Source: Octopus bimaculoides | Taxonomy: Eukaryota | Assembly (NCBI RefSeq): GCF_001194135.2 | Contig: NC_068983.1 | Location: 140,989,090 to 141,053,089 of the forward strand | Length of the DNA stretch: 64,000 nt | Direction of reading: 5' to 3' | Shown: positions 1-13,293 of the stretch, one piece after another | Layout: every line of letters begins with the position of its first letter | How positions within the stretch are numbered: position 1 is the stretch's first letter | Program-made: the position numbers and the translations under genes | The notes under the pieces: model-generated | Seen by the model: only the letters and a program-made list of their open reading frames with translations | Told to the model about the DNA's origin: nothing | Database searches by the model: none

Positions 1-1440
1 TTTCCAAACTTCATGAAGACTACTATAACTTGGCACTTAGGAAAGCGGGTTTTAATGATAAAAGAGAATTTAATAAGTCAAATATCGAATCAGATTTAAA
101 TAGTAATTTTAGTATTGCAGACCTAAAATCTAGTACTATAAACAACTCTACTTATAACAAATGTAATAATGGAGATTTAACATCAAGTATTCATGTTGAT
201 AAAACAACAAGAGTGGGTGATTTTCATAGTGAGAATAAAAAGGTGAACAATTATATTTATAACAAAAGGAAAAGTCGTAATATTGTTGATGACCAGGTTA
301 AAAATTCTAGAACTGCTAATGGAAATGAGGGTGTAGTATTCTCTAATAAAATTCTAAATTCTTTTAATATAAAATCGGCTAAAAGATTTAATAATAAAAA
401 TAGAAGTAAAATAAACGCTAACTTTGAAATGGATCGAAATCCGAGAATGCTCACTCCTTCGAAAAACGGGTATAAACACCAAATTATGATCTTAACTCGA
501 AGAATACTCGAAGAATACTCGAAGAATCTGGGTAATCGTTCTGTCTGGTAAACAGGTCGATTACAATTTTTCCAAACTGTTTAATATAACAATTCAAAAA
601 TATTTTCCAAGAAACCACAGATATTAAAAATAGTATTAGTCGGCATAAAATTAAATTGGGTTATTGTCTTAGTCGTAATATTGCATAAATTATAGAAAAA
701 TATAATATTAAAATGATATCTAAATTTGAAAAAAGCGATTACCATCAGAATAACGTAATAAATTCGAAGCATAATCACATCAAACGGAATAAAGAAACTC
801 AAATAGACGGGAACGCTAAGAAATTAAATGTCGCGGAAAGGATAACAACCCAATTTAACATAAACAATTACGTGAAATCGAATAAAAGTTCAGATAGAAA
901 TAGAACAAAGATAATGTTATCTGAAGGAATGAATAGTAATGGAGAACTTGGTGGAAATGAATTTAATTCTACAATCAATGATTAAATTGAAACTAAATCT
1001 TAGGGAAATGTAAATGGTTATTTTTGCAATTGTTTTAAACGAGAATCCTGTTATGTGAAAAATAAGTGTAAAATTAAAAATGTAATATATAGATGTATAG
1101 TTAGATATGAGGGTGAGACATCATTAATTTTCAAGAGGAGACTGGTAAATAATTTGAGTTCATTTAAGGACAAAAATAAAAGGTCCCAAACGAGTGTTAG
1201 CAAATTAATCTGGTCTTTCAAGTTCAATAACAAGGTATATACGATTAAATGGCAGTTAATCTGTACTGCAATACTATGCAGACCAGAAATCTGTAGCTGT
1301 GATCTATGCGTAGAAGAATTTTTCAGGAAATTTCTCATCCAAGGGTAATGTAATAAATTATAGACAGAAGCAAGCGCTGAGACGCTTGCACATGAGGAAA
1401 TTTATATTTCCCAAATATAAATGAGTAATTATCATTTAAA
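1..1440 (+). mobile_element. Penelope-like element (Neptune-like) remnant: end of RT/thumb, linker and GIY-YIG endonuclease, with stops and frameshifts
   Basis: Ordered degenerate PLE motifs: YNLALRKAGF (~24-53), NRSVW (~534), KYFPRNHR and KIKLGYCLSRNI (~600-690), CNCFKRESCYVKNKCKIKNVIY (~1025-1090), YEGET..FKRRL..N.SSF, TIKWQL, CDLCVEE and LHMRKFIF (~1390-1410). These match the recalled consensus CNC..CPL.G.C..VIY/YIG.T..FK.R..NH..SF/CNLC..EK. Confidence 0.85.
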
Positions 1441-1591
1441 CATAACAAGGTTTTGAAACGATGGACTGAAAATGATTATCCAAGAATTTCAAATACAGAT
1501 TGTTCGCGTCTGACTTATCGGACAACTCTACATTATACAAGGCAGAGTTTATAAAAGAAAATGATTAAACGGCCGTGCCGAGATTTATCAT

Positions 1592-1655
1592 GTTAAGACT
1601 TTGAAGAGACTACAGTTGCAATTGCAACGATTACTAATCGGTGCAATTGAAACGT
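1592..1655 (+). ncRNA. Degenerate hammerhead-like motif downstream of the PLE
   Basis: TTGAAGAG...hairpin (AATTGCA-CGATTA/TAATCG-TGCAATT)...GAAACGTG; core C3 is replaced and stem I is not evident. Confidence 0.3.
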
Positions 1656-2606
1656 GTTGGTCATAAAAAGCAGTATACAGTTATAGAATTAAAGGTAATG
1701 CTATTGCTACTTCGGGGTAATTTTTATTTTCAATATTGTATATATATATATTTCATATAAAATTAATGTATATTTAAACATTTATATGATAAAAATGTTG
1801 TCTATTGACAGTGGTAGAAAAAATTCTATAAATTTCCTACCCTGTATTTTCTTTATATATCTATATATNNNNNNNNNNNNNNNNNNNNNNNNNNNNNNNN
1901 NNNNNNNNNNNNNNNNNNNNNNNNNNNNNNNNNNNNNNNNNNNNNNNNNNNNNNNNNNNNNNNNNNNNNNNNNNNNNNNNNNNNNNNNNNNNNNNNNNNN
2001 NNNNNNNNNNNNNNNNNNNNNNNNNNNNNNNNNNNNNNNNNNNNNNNNNNNNNNNNNNNNNNNNNNNNNNNNNNNNNNNNNNNNNNNNNNNNNNNNNNNN
2101 NNNNNNNNNNNNNNNNNNNNNNNNNNNNNNNNNNNNNNNNNNNNNNNNNNNNNNNNNNNNNNNNNNNNNNNNNNNNNNNNNNNNNNNNNNNNNNNNNNNN
2201 NNNNNNNNNNNNNNNNNNNNNNNNNNNNNNNNNNNNNNNNNNNNNNNNNNNNNNNNNNNNNNNNNNNNNNNNNNNNNNNNNNNNNNNNNNNNNNNNNNNN
2301 NNNNNNNNNNNNNNNNNNNNNNNNNNNNNNNNNNNNNNNNNNNNNNNNNNNNNNNNNNNNNNNNNNNNNNNNNNNNNNNNNNNNNNNNNNNNNNNNNNNN
2401 NNNNNNNNNNNNNNNNNNNNNNNNNNNNNNNNNNNNNNNNNNNNNNNNNNNNNNNNNNNNNNNNNNNNNNNNNNNNNNNNNNNNNNNNNNNNNNNNNNNN
2501 NNNNNNNNNNNNNNNNNNNNNNNNNNNNNNNNNNNNNNNNNNNNNNNNNNNNNNNNNNNNNNNNNNNNNNNNNNNNNNNNNNNNNNNNNNNNNNNNNNNN
2601 NNNNNN

Positions 2607-2669
<63 letters not shown>

Positions 2670-2769
2670 GGCACTATGGGGAATAAGGGTACTAGTCAGA
2701 ACCCGCAATGCTACACATAAGAATCAGAATAACTGATTTAAATTTGAATAATATAATTATTTTAAAGTA

Positions 2770-3420
2770 TACGCTGTAAAACATTTTGTACTCTATATGG
2801 CGACCATCAGTGTCTCCAGAGAGCTCAAACTAATAAATTGCTTTTAGTTAGTCATACAGACCCCAAACATTCACTTCTGGTGTATCTCGTTCGGAGTCCA
2901 GAAATTCAGTTGGCTTCTCGCTTCACCAAAAGGTCACAGTTATGATAACTTTTCAACATATGTAGAAGGTCACTTCATTCATTAAGAGATTTTTTTGATT
3001 AAATCGTCACTTTCAATTTGATCACTAAGCTCTGTGGTCATCGCTGATTTGCGCGGATAACAATCTACTTGTATGTTGCGAAAAGTTTGGGTCTGATAAA
3101 TTCTTTTGTCCAGATCGCATCGCAGGTTTCTGTATAGTGATGTTTGTAGAATTTCTAACACTTTAGTTGCCCTACGAGTCGATAATTGCGGTTCCTCTTC
3201 AAATGCTTACCGAACAAATTCGATTTTTTCTCTATATTTTATTGAACACACAGTTCTGATGTCATCATCACAGATCCAGTTTTCTGAAATTTCATTAAGA
3301 ACTCTTGAATAACTTTGTCTTTAGATCCTTTTTATGAAACTTCCACCCAAATTTATTTCTAATGCCTTCGCAATTCAGGCCCTTTATCTTCCATGTTACC
3401 ACAGACATCCGTTCTTTCGC
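2770..3420 (-). mobile_element. Tc1/mariner-superfamily transposase relic
   Basis: Minus-strand peptides AFEEEPQLSTRRATKVLEI, NEVTFYIC..HNC and ERDTPEVNVWG resemble the S(D)EA.F...VN.HN/ERDSPKVNVW motifs; multiple stops and frameshifts. Confidence 0.7.
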
Positions 3421-3468
3421 GTTCGGATATTACTGAAATAGTTAGTGAGATTTAAGACATTCTGTATA

Positions 3469-3545
<77 letters not shown>

Positions 3546-5688
3546 CCGTGTTTGTTTATATATATATATATATATATATACATATGACGATTAAAATTCT
3601 GTGTGAAGATTTGCGTACGTCTCTATTCGTTGCCATGCATTTTGTCACCATTAGTTTGAATATTGTAGATGTTCTCGAATCTCTGTACTTTTCAGCGGTA
3701 AAATACTTTTGAATATCAAATTAAATCAACAAGGAATATTGTTAGGTATCGTCTTGTTTTATATAATATACACTGAATTTTGCATTAGAAACAAATCAAC
3801 CATGAATTTGATTTCATCGATGTTTACCAATATTAGTCACAATGTCTTGTGTAATATGAGTTAAGGTTATATAATTGAGTCTCCAGCTAGAGAAATTTCA
3901 CAGGAAAAGTAAGGTAAGATATAAGATAAATAAGACCACTATTTCTAAGAGATGAAGCGACCATTGAGATTTATGTTATGATCACTTCTTTACAAAATCT
4001 GGACTTCTCATCTCTTTAGGCATTAGCTTTCCAAGAATTAGATTATGCAATATATCATTTCGTTACTTAAAATTTCAGAGTATGATATCGTGTCGTTTCG
4101 CTGCTATATCTAGCAGTTTCCTTGACCACATTGTGTGGCTGCAATGGTTGTCTTTCGTATTTATATAATGTGTTATATTATCACACAAATTCATCTTTAT
4201 ATAAAGTCATGATAAACATCTTATGTCAAAGATAAAATTTCCTATTTGCATTTCTCTAAATATGTTTTGTAAACTTAAAAAGAAAATTAAATAGCTACTG
4301 AATATTTGCAAGTAAGATAGTTATTTGTATTATATTTTACAATATATAAACAATGAAGTGAAACTTTTTGTTCGTTTTCTCTTTTGAAATATCTAATGTT
4401 AAGATAAATGACAAAAAATTTCAGTTCCATACAATACGTACATAAAATCTCACACTCAAAATGATATTAAGTCACTTACATGTACTTTTAGATGTCAAGG
4501 AAGTTATGTTAATATTGCATCCTACCAACGGAAACCGGTAGGCCTCAAAACCATAAAACATTTTCTAAAGAATACAAAATTAAAATGTTTGTTCTAAATT
4601 TAGTACATATTCATTCTGTGAGCATAAAGAGATAGGTCGTTAACGGCGGACATCAAAAGGAAATGTGGAATACGAAATGAGCAATTCAAAATCATTTTCA
4701 ACGTCACACTGAGCCACGACGAGAGAAGACCTTTGACGAAACAGCACTATATACAGATGAGCATCCACCGATCCCATCGACATATATGAAGGGGTATTAT
4801 GTACCACTATGTTCTCTGCGATACTCTTAAAGACATATTTCTAAGTCAGATCAGATACTCTTTCAGAGTCTCCGGCCCAGTAGAAAATCCGCTAAAAAGT
4901 TAAAAGAAAGTGTAATATTTCCTTTGTATAAAAGTGGAAGCAGAGTAGATGCTAAATTGCAGATTCATCTGTCTCAATTCCCCCCCCACACACACACACA
5001 ATTAAACTCCAGACATACGCACACATACACTTAAACACTGACACACACATTTCTCTAAGTTAGATCGGAAGACATTTCCCTATAGAAATAGATATACACA
5101 CCTACGTTTGTAAAACATGTCGAGTTCATAAATGCTTTTAGTTTTGTTTTTTTTTTTACGGTTTAACACTTAATCTGTCGTGCAAGGTTATCTCCTCTTG
5201 ATTGACATGAGCAAATCTCAGCTCTCACTTTATGTTTCAAAGTTTACTGTCAATTTAAAACTTCTTTTACTATTTTCTGTTTTTTTGTTTATTTTTTATT
5301 TTATTTTCCATGTCATTTGCTTTTTCTCTTTCTCTTCTAAAAGTGATTTTCCCAACCTGGGAAACAGTATAAAACCTTTACTTTAGATTTCCCTTCGGGA
5401 CAAATGTACATTAAGATGTATATTTCTTAGTTAATTTCTTTATGTATTTTTGAGTATACGTTAAGATTTTTACGAGATGAAAATTGAAAATAGTGAAAAA
5501 CATCTCTTCTCAGATAATGTATAAAAGAATATATTGCTTTTAACGTATTCTTCTCTTTCCTTTACTCATTTTCGTTCGTTTATGCACATTCGTATTTTAT
5601 ATCTTTATATGCCTTTGCAAATACCTATCTATCTCTTTATCTTTCTATCCAATGTTCCAAGGTAAATGTGCATACATGCATATGTGTG

Positions 5689-5725
<37 letters not shown>

Positions 5726-5861
5726 CTATCTATCTATATATATATGTATGTATATACATATGTGTGTGTGTGCGTGAGTGGGTGTTTGTATATGTGTGTG
5801 CATGTGTGTATGTGTACGTATATATGTATTTATGTATGTATGTATGTATGTATATGTCGGT

Positions 5862-5985
5862 AGGTAGGTAGGTTGGTTGGTTGGTTGGTTTGTTGGTTGG
5901 TTGGTTGGTTGGTTGGTTGGTTGGTTGGTAGGTTGGTTGGTTGGTTGGTTGGTAGGTTGGTTGGTTCGTTGGTTGGTAGGTTTTG
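5862..5985. repeat. (GGTT)n/(GGTA)n microsatellite; one example of the many (GT)n, (AT)n, (AG)n, (GTAT)n, (AAG)n, (TAG)n and (AAT)n tracts in the window
   Basis: Direct reading of the sequence. Confidence 0.97.
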
Positions 5986-6747
5986 ACAGGTAGGTGGATA
6001 GTTAAGTATATATGCTTATATACAATACATCTCATCTAAAAAATACTGCTTTTTGAACTCTATGTATGTTACAAAATTATTTTACAAAATCGTTGAAAAT
6101 ATGTACATTAAAATGTATTTGTAAATAACTCTCAGAATGCAGTTTGTTACAGATGATATGATCCCGAATCACAAATGTTTTAACTTGAAGATACATCAAT
6201 AATTCAGATGTGAGTTAATCCTTATAACACGATAGACTTACTGTAGAAAACATTACCTTGCAATTAGTAAGTAAATCCTTCCTCTATGTCTTATAAAATT
6301 TAAAACTACTTGCAAGGAATATAACTACAATAGAATCTATTGCTCCACGTTTAGAAAATTTCAAAAACATGTAAGATAGGTCGTATTTCCTGTTTATAGA
6401 CGCAGTTGGTTGGCGAAGAATATGCAGTCTGTAGTAAAGGCAGAGCTGGCGGTTACGGGCGGCGGAGGAGTAAGGTGGGGGTGCCTGCTGATGATGCTCT
6501 ATTCGATGCAGGTGGGGAGTCATTCTGGAAGTGGCGAAGTGTCTAACAGGAAATACGAGCTTATTGCTGCCATTAGAGTTATGCCGTCTTGTTGAACTCC
6601 AAGCCACGTGCCACGGTGAACCTAGACGTAACACTTTCACATTGGCTGAGCCTCAACAATCTCCATTCACAACCAAGAGTAGGGTGCCTAACGACCAATG
6701 TATGCATCTTCATTCCCTGTAAGCTTCTACAATCGTTTTATATATTC

Positions 6748-6943
6748 TTATTTCTTTACAGCCCACAAGGGGCTAAACATAGAGGGGACAAACAAGGACA
6801 GACAAACGGATTATTTAATCGACCCCGAAAGAATGAAAGGCAACGTCGACCTCGGAGGAATTTAAACTCAGAACGTAGCGGCAGGCGAAATACCGCTAAG
6901 CATTTCGCCCGACGTGCTAACGATTCTGCGAGCTCGCCGCCTT
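6748..6943 (-). mobile_element. tRNA-headed SINE family B (tail type 1), internally deleted
   Basis: Minus strand reads GGCGGCGAGCTCGCAGAATCGTTAG (A-box-like) ... GAGTTTAAATTCC (B-box-like); homologous to copies at 35809-36410 and 53808-54023. Confidence 0.85.
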
Positions 6944-7475
6944 CAAATTGCAAATCGTCTCTTTCTTCTTAGGTTAGTGCACATTCATGCACGCACACAC
7001 TTACACACGTGCGTGCGCGCACACACATGGTCATGTATATATGTTTCCCCCTCTTCCTTTCTCCTCCTAACACAACCAGGCATCAATCCAACGCCAGGAT
7101 TGCTATTGCTACTACTCTAGCTACAACAGTCGTGCTTACGCACACACATATGTCGAAAGCAAGTACGTCCGTGTATATGTGTGTGTGCGCGCGCGCGTGT
7201 TTTGTGTCCGCATATCTGTATTGCAAATATGCTAGCATACACTAGACTCCTCACACACGCAGAGATCAGAAGTAAGCACACACACACATTTATACATACA
7301 CATATAAATACAAGAATGTACATACACTGAACATCCATACGCACACATACACACCTGCACGGCTTACAGATATCTGATAAATAATCAGTCATTATTACTT
7401 CATTCCTTTGAATTGCAACGAGTCTTGCATGCCATAGACCGAAAGCGATGGGGAAGTCTGTTTCTTTATGTTGGC

Positions 7476-7528
<53 letters not shown>

Positions 7529-8413
7529 TCCGTGGTGTCTTCATATTTGTGTGTATCACGTAATCAAAATATTTTTAAAACTGAAACTACTTTTCTATTC
7601 CTCAGCTAAATAACTATTTATCAAAAGGAGGCAGTCTTAACGTTTACCCCTTGTCACGCATACAAACATATAGGTTTTTGTACACACAGCCGCATATACA
7701 TCGCCAAACATATAAACATGTACACGTCAATTCATCAGGCATTTTTCTTTTTTTTAATCTTTTTGCACACATTGCAGTTTTTCTTTTTAAGTTCTATAAC
7801 TTAACTCTCATTAAACTTGTGGTAGTACATGTATTAAGCTTACAGTTAACCAGGCCGTCCTTCATTTTAGGCTTGGAAAAGATTATTTGTACCAGTCCTC
7901 CTTCACTTTATGTAGCCCTCATATATGTAGGTGATCTGACACTCCGTAAGTCTTCATCTATTGTAATTCTAAGCGGTTCTCTCAAATACTTAACGCAGCA
8001 ACAGTCGCTGGAAATTGTATTTGATTCATATGAAGATGGTGTTTTGTTTTTGTTGCTTCGTCATCTAGGCAACATGCTAACTTTAAGCTGAACTGCATTT
8101 CGCTACTGTTCTTTGGCAAACGTATTGTTGTCCTCTTGTGTCACGGCGAATACAGATCTATTCCCAGATATTTCTTCTATACACATAAGTGAACTATATC
8201 GCTTGTTCGAACAACAGATAGAAAAGTACACATATCGCCAGAAATTCGATACCATTCTACGGAGTAAGGGCCATAGTTGTTTTCATTGTAAACCATGAGC
8301 TGAATTACTGTTCCTCTCTTCAAAATTACGTGAATGTTTTCTTTGTAACATATACAACTTGGTTAATATATCGACTCAAATATGTTGAAACACTACATGC
8401 TCAGAACCAATAC

Positions 8414-8464
<51 letters not shown>

Positions 8465-8544
8465 TGCGTTTGTGTGTGTGTGTGTGTGTCTGTGTCTGTG
8501 TGTGTGTGTGTGTGTGCGTCTGCCTGTCTGTCTGTCTGTCTGTC

Positions 8545-8765
8545 TGTCTGTCCCACCAACATCGCTTGACAACCAATGCTGGTAAGTTTAGGTCCCCGTA
8601 AATTAGCGGTTCGGTAAAAGGGACTGATAAAATAAGTACAACAATTACAAAGAATAAGTCCTGGGGTCGATTTACTCGGCTAAAGGTGGTGCTCCAGCAT
8701 GGCTGCAATCAAATGACTGAAACGAATAAAAGAATAAAAGAATAAAAGAATGAAAGAATAAAAGA
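8545..8765 (+). mobile_element. SINE family A, 3' half with (AAAGAAT)n tail
   Basis: Matches the 3' half of the copies at 50387-50904 and 24930-25355 (AACATCGCTTGACAAC...CTGGGGTCGATT...CCAGCATGG...AAATGACTGAAAC). Confidence 0.85.
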
Positions 8766-9078
8766 GTATATATATATTTGGTGTTGGAATTTGATTTGCA
8801 ATATTCTTTGTGTGAGTTCGTGCCTTGAAGCATATTTTGTTGTGTCCCTTGTAGTACCTTATTATTTAACACACTCACCAATAATGTTTCCACTCATTTA
8901 CTTATTTATTTTTACTAAAATTTGCGTTGCGTCTTGTAACGTTTTAAATAGTTGTTGACTCTGTCCGTTATCCGAGCCGCACTCTTTATGTTTGTGCGCA
9001 TGTATGTATGTATGCATGTATGTATGTATGTATGTATGTATGTATGTATGTATATATGTATGTATATATGTATGTATG

Positions 9079-9112
<34 letters not shown>

Positions 9113-9271
9113 TGTATACATGCATGTATGTGTGTGTGAGCATATGGATATATATATGTATGTATGGGTCTACGTTTGCATGTATGAATTCTGAATATTC
9201 ATGTGTTTGTGTCTGTGTGTTTGTGTGTCTTTATGTATGTATGTTTACATGTGTGTGTGTGTGTATGTGTG

Positions 9272-9370
<99 letters not shown>

Positions 9371-9779
9371 CTCTGTCATCATGTGTGTACATGTCTAAGT
9401 GTGTCTGTGTGTGTATGGATTTTTGTGACTGTACTGTGTCTGTGTGCATGGATGTGTGCCTCCATATGTGTAGATGTGTGTCTCCATATGTGTCCTTCTC
9501 TGAATTGAAGTGTGGGTCTATGGTCATGTGTTTCAGGCCTTATTTGCGTATATGTGCGTGCATGTGTGATTGTCTGTTCCTATTACCTATGTACCTATCC
9601 GTCTGTACGTCTTTCTGTTTACATTTATATCTATTTGCCTACAAAATGTGCATATACATATACGTATACATATATGCACACACATACATACGTCTACATA
9701 ATAGCCCACTAACTATTCTACCTGTATATAAATATAAACTGTGGGTATGAGAGTATGATTACCTACTGCATATATTTCT

Positions 9780-10075
9780 TATTTAGTACTGGAGATGTTT
9801 CATTATGAGGACGTACTCATGTATTAGTCTGAGGGTTGGGTTCTTTGGGTGCTTGGATAAAATGCTGATGTCAAGTTGACACATGTTGCCTCCATGCCTC
9901 CTTGGCATCTTGGTATAATATGGAAGACTGTTCTTTGCCGTCATATTGTCTCAAATGTTCATTTAGTCTTTCCTCAATGCCCCTAAATGTCTCACCTATG
10001 AACATGCCATAGGTATAACCTTTCACATATCGGGTATATGCTAGGACATAATAACACCCTAAACAGACTGAATGC
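9780..10075 (-). mobile_element. PLE GIY-YIG endonuclease fragment (second PLE family)
   Basis: MFIGETFRGIEERLNEHLRQYDGKEQSSILYQDAKEA; after a frameshift, HGGNMCQLDISILSKHPKNPTLRLIHEYVLI, then PVLNKK. Confidence 0.75.
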
Positions 10076-10161
10076 AGACATGAGTAGCGTATGGGAACCG
10101 GTATTAAGGATAAGAACATATTAGATTTATAAACCCTAAGATTCACTCCATAATTGCACAC

Positions 10162-10422
10162 AGGCATATGGCGTAGTGGTTAAGAGAGCGGGCTATTAAC
10201 CCCAAGATGCCGAGTTCGATTCCAAGCAGTGACCATAATAATAATGACATCGAAAACTGCCTTAGGAATGAGAACCCAAGTTCGAAATTTCCACACGGCA
10301 CATGATGAAGGCTGGAGAGTATATCAGACGAAACGTTGTGTTAACAACAAACAAGATGCGAACAAATATCAGTCAAGTGTAAATAATGTACATAATTCCA
10401 CATCTCTCAAATACAGAACTGT
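10162..10422 (+). mobile_element. tRNA-headed element carrying a hammerhead-like motif (SINE-HHR), copy 1
   Basis: A box TGGCGTAGTGG 10169-10179; B box GAGTTCGATTCC 10212-10223; (TAA)3; core ATGATGA-AG-GCTG[GAGAGTATAT]CAGAC-GAAACGTT-GTGTT 10302-10342. Colinear with 24539-24896 (-). Confidence 0.75.
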
Positions 10423-10789
10423 ATTGCCTGTTATTTTTTCTTCACTATATTTGTAATTATTTTTTTAAACGTTTTTATCAATTATCTTAACTTCATTATA
10501 TTATTACTATGTTTGTATATTCATATATTCATATGTCCATATATAGTTGTAATCATATGCTTTTATATTTTTTATATTTTTACATGTATTTCTATATGTA
10601 TTTCTTATATATGAATATATGTTTTTTGAACAATTTCATCTTAAATTAAATCCATATGCATACGTGTCTATATACCACATAACAACAATTATAATATATA
10701 ATAAGAGGCAAAGACGGGTTCTGTACACACTTTGTATCTTTCATTTCAGTGTGGAGCATTCCAGATCTAGCGCTTTCAGTTCTTTAATC

Positions 10790-10998
10790 TGCAAGGGGAT
10801 GCAAAAAGCTTCTGGATTTGGGAAAAAAAATACCGGAGGATCAGTTAATCATGACTTCATTCAACATATTCCCATCTCAGAGTCACTCACTTATGTCAGC
10901 GTTCCTTCAGTTTTTGTAAGCCTTGTAAAAGAACTCCGGAGGTTGGTCCTCCAACCAAGCCTTTCGCCATACCAGAAACTTTTCAGCACCCCTTCGTA
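10790..10998 (-). mobile_element. Mariner-derived MITE: TIRs plus transposase C-terminus only
   Basis: TIR TACGAAGGGGTGCTGAAAAGTTTCTGG (10972-10998, -) with a degenerate partner at 10790-10815; internal KAWLEDQPPEFF...EYVE* resembles the mariner C-terminus. Confidence 0.7.
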
Positions 10999-11156
10999 AG
11001 TGGGCTGTGTTCCTGTAAACAGGAACCCATAGAGTGTGTATTAATTCATCTATCTACCTATTGGTTTCTTTGTCTTTGTATTTACGTCAGCCTATCTCAG
11101 TATGTATGTATGTGTATTATGTGTATGCATATATTTATATATACGCATATATATAC

Positions 11157-11228
<72 letters not shown>

Positions 11229-12349
11229 ATTTTTCAGTCACTCAGTGTAGTTGTCTGTTTATCATTCTATCTATGAATCCCTTTGTTTTCTACCTTACCT
11301 TCTCTTCCAACTGTTATCGTTTTATTTGCAACTAGCTTTAGATTCGGTCGAGTTTCAGTCTTAAGTGAACGTGATGACTATTCAGGAAAAATATGAACAT
11401 GGACTTTATTGAAATATTGAATTCTGTATCTTGTATATGTGTATATGTGATTGTGTGTGTACCTGTGCGTGTGCGTGCGTGTTTAGTTAAATGGATCCTT
11501 AAATTTTAAAAACGAGCAAAAGAACATATGTGTGGTGCTAATCTATTACAATGTCCTTGCGGTAATACACATTATAAGACAAATGCAATATCTTAAAAGG
11601 CACAAATCTAAAACACAGGAAATGAACCACCATTTAGTTATAAATATCAGAGAATAAGAAGTCAGATGGTCAGATACACTGCCTGTGGGCTGTGAAGTTT
11701 CTATTCACAATTGAATATCACTATCTGATATTTCATATTTTCAGGTAGCTTAGTCTTTTCTGGACAACTTCTCAGCATATACTACTTGAAAAGTTCGTTT
11801 TCGTTTACCACAGAATAACACATCGCATGTAACTAATGCTATACATGAAGAGTAATGTTCTACGGGAAATGAATTTAATTTCCTAAAACCTCGCATACGT
11901 TTCCGAACATTACAAGCAGGTGTATTTGCGAGTATGTTTGTTTTTATAATTATAATTGAAATAATCACACGAAGGACCTTATTAAAAATTTGTAATCTGC
12001 TGGGATAACAATAAAAAATGCTATTTCACCAACAATCAATATCAAAAATTTCTATTCCATTAATATCTCAATCTGTTAGAAGTTATTTTATCATGAATGC
12101 TCTGTACAGTGAAGGTAATCTTTAAAAAATATTTTGAGTATTTAATGAAATGCTACAATCGCATTTCCTAAAAAAAATAGTTGCTCCTTTCAAATGAAAC
12201 TGAAGAACGATGTTTTTTGTTCATATCACTAAATATAAAATTAGAAAACAAATAATTAGAAAATATATTTTATAATGATCTGCCACTGAACATCGCCTGG
12301 CAAAGGACTCAAACATGCAAGATACGTGAACGGAACATTACGCATGATA

Positions 12350-12553
12350 CTGGTTTTAAATTTTGGTACAAGGCCAGCAACATCATGGTAGGGAACGAAT
12401 CGATTACATCGACCCAGTCCTCAAATGTTACTTATTTTATCGATCCTGGAAGGATGAAAAGCAAGTCGACCCCAACAACATTTGAACTCATAACATAAAT
12501 ATGGACGAAGCATTTTATCTGGCGTTCTAACTGTTCTGCCAACTTGCCGCCTT
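12350..12553 (-). mobile_element. SINE family B (tail type 2), old copy
   Basis: Degenerate homology to 53808-54023. Confidence 0.75.
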
Positions 12554-13293
12554 TGTTACACCTAATATGGCAAGATGTTTGGTACTGCTCGTCTAGCTTT
12601 ACTCGCTTCATAACCAGATTACATAAATTAATATCTATCTTAAAATGTGATTGTAACGTATATATGTTGAAACATTAAAAACCAAATTGTATATCTTGTG
12701 TGCATTATCGTGTAATTTCGCAGACGAAGCAGACAAGAAAGATACTTATTCTATCGTTATATGAACACACTTTCAGAAGTCCTGTCCATTTTACAATTTG
12801 ACACCAACCTAAGCTATCATTGTGTTATTATAATGACTACAATTTTTTCGAGATGCTTCAGAAATCTACAATAGATAATGAAATATTTCGATCCAAGATT
12901 TGAAAATCGTAACTATTGAAATGATCTTACTTCAAATCTACTGCATTTTCAGAATCAAACTTTATATCATATCCTTTTTTCCTGACTTCGAAGATATATT
13001 TCAAAGATATATAAAGTTTTCACGTTAGAAGTAATTAAAATGAATATCCCAATTATATTATCTCATTATGCATTCATACATTTAAATTCTGGATAGACAA
13101 GCAAAGTATTTAGATATTTAGTGGCTATAGATTTTCGATTATTGTTCATTACCATTTCATCCATATGGACGAATTTCAAGGAAGAGAAAAGAAAAAAAAA
13201 AACAAATTGCTCGAAAGATAAAAGACTTCAAACAGAATAGTCGATATAATGTTGCTTGGAATAATAGCTCTGAGGTCGGTAATATCAGTGGAT

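Noticed and set aside
1782-2708. Long ORFs spanning N-runs or microsatellites (also 14184, 22141, 8992, 58461 and similar)
   Set aside because: Artefacts of gaps and simple repeats (poly-X, VCVC, YIYI, poly-I/L).
7651-8330. 146-aa ORF / possible transposase relic
   Set aside because: No recognisable motif in any frame I translated.
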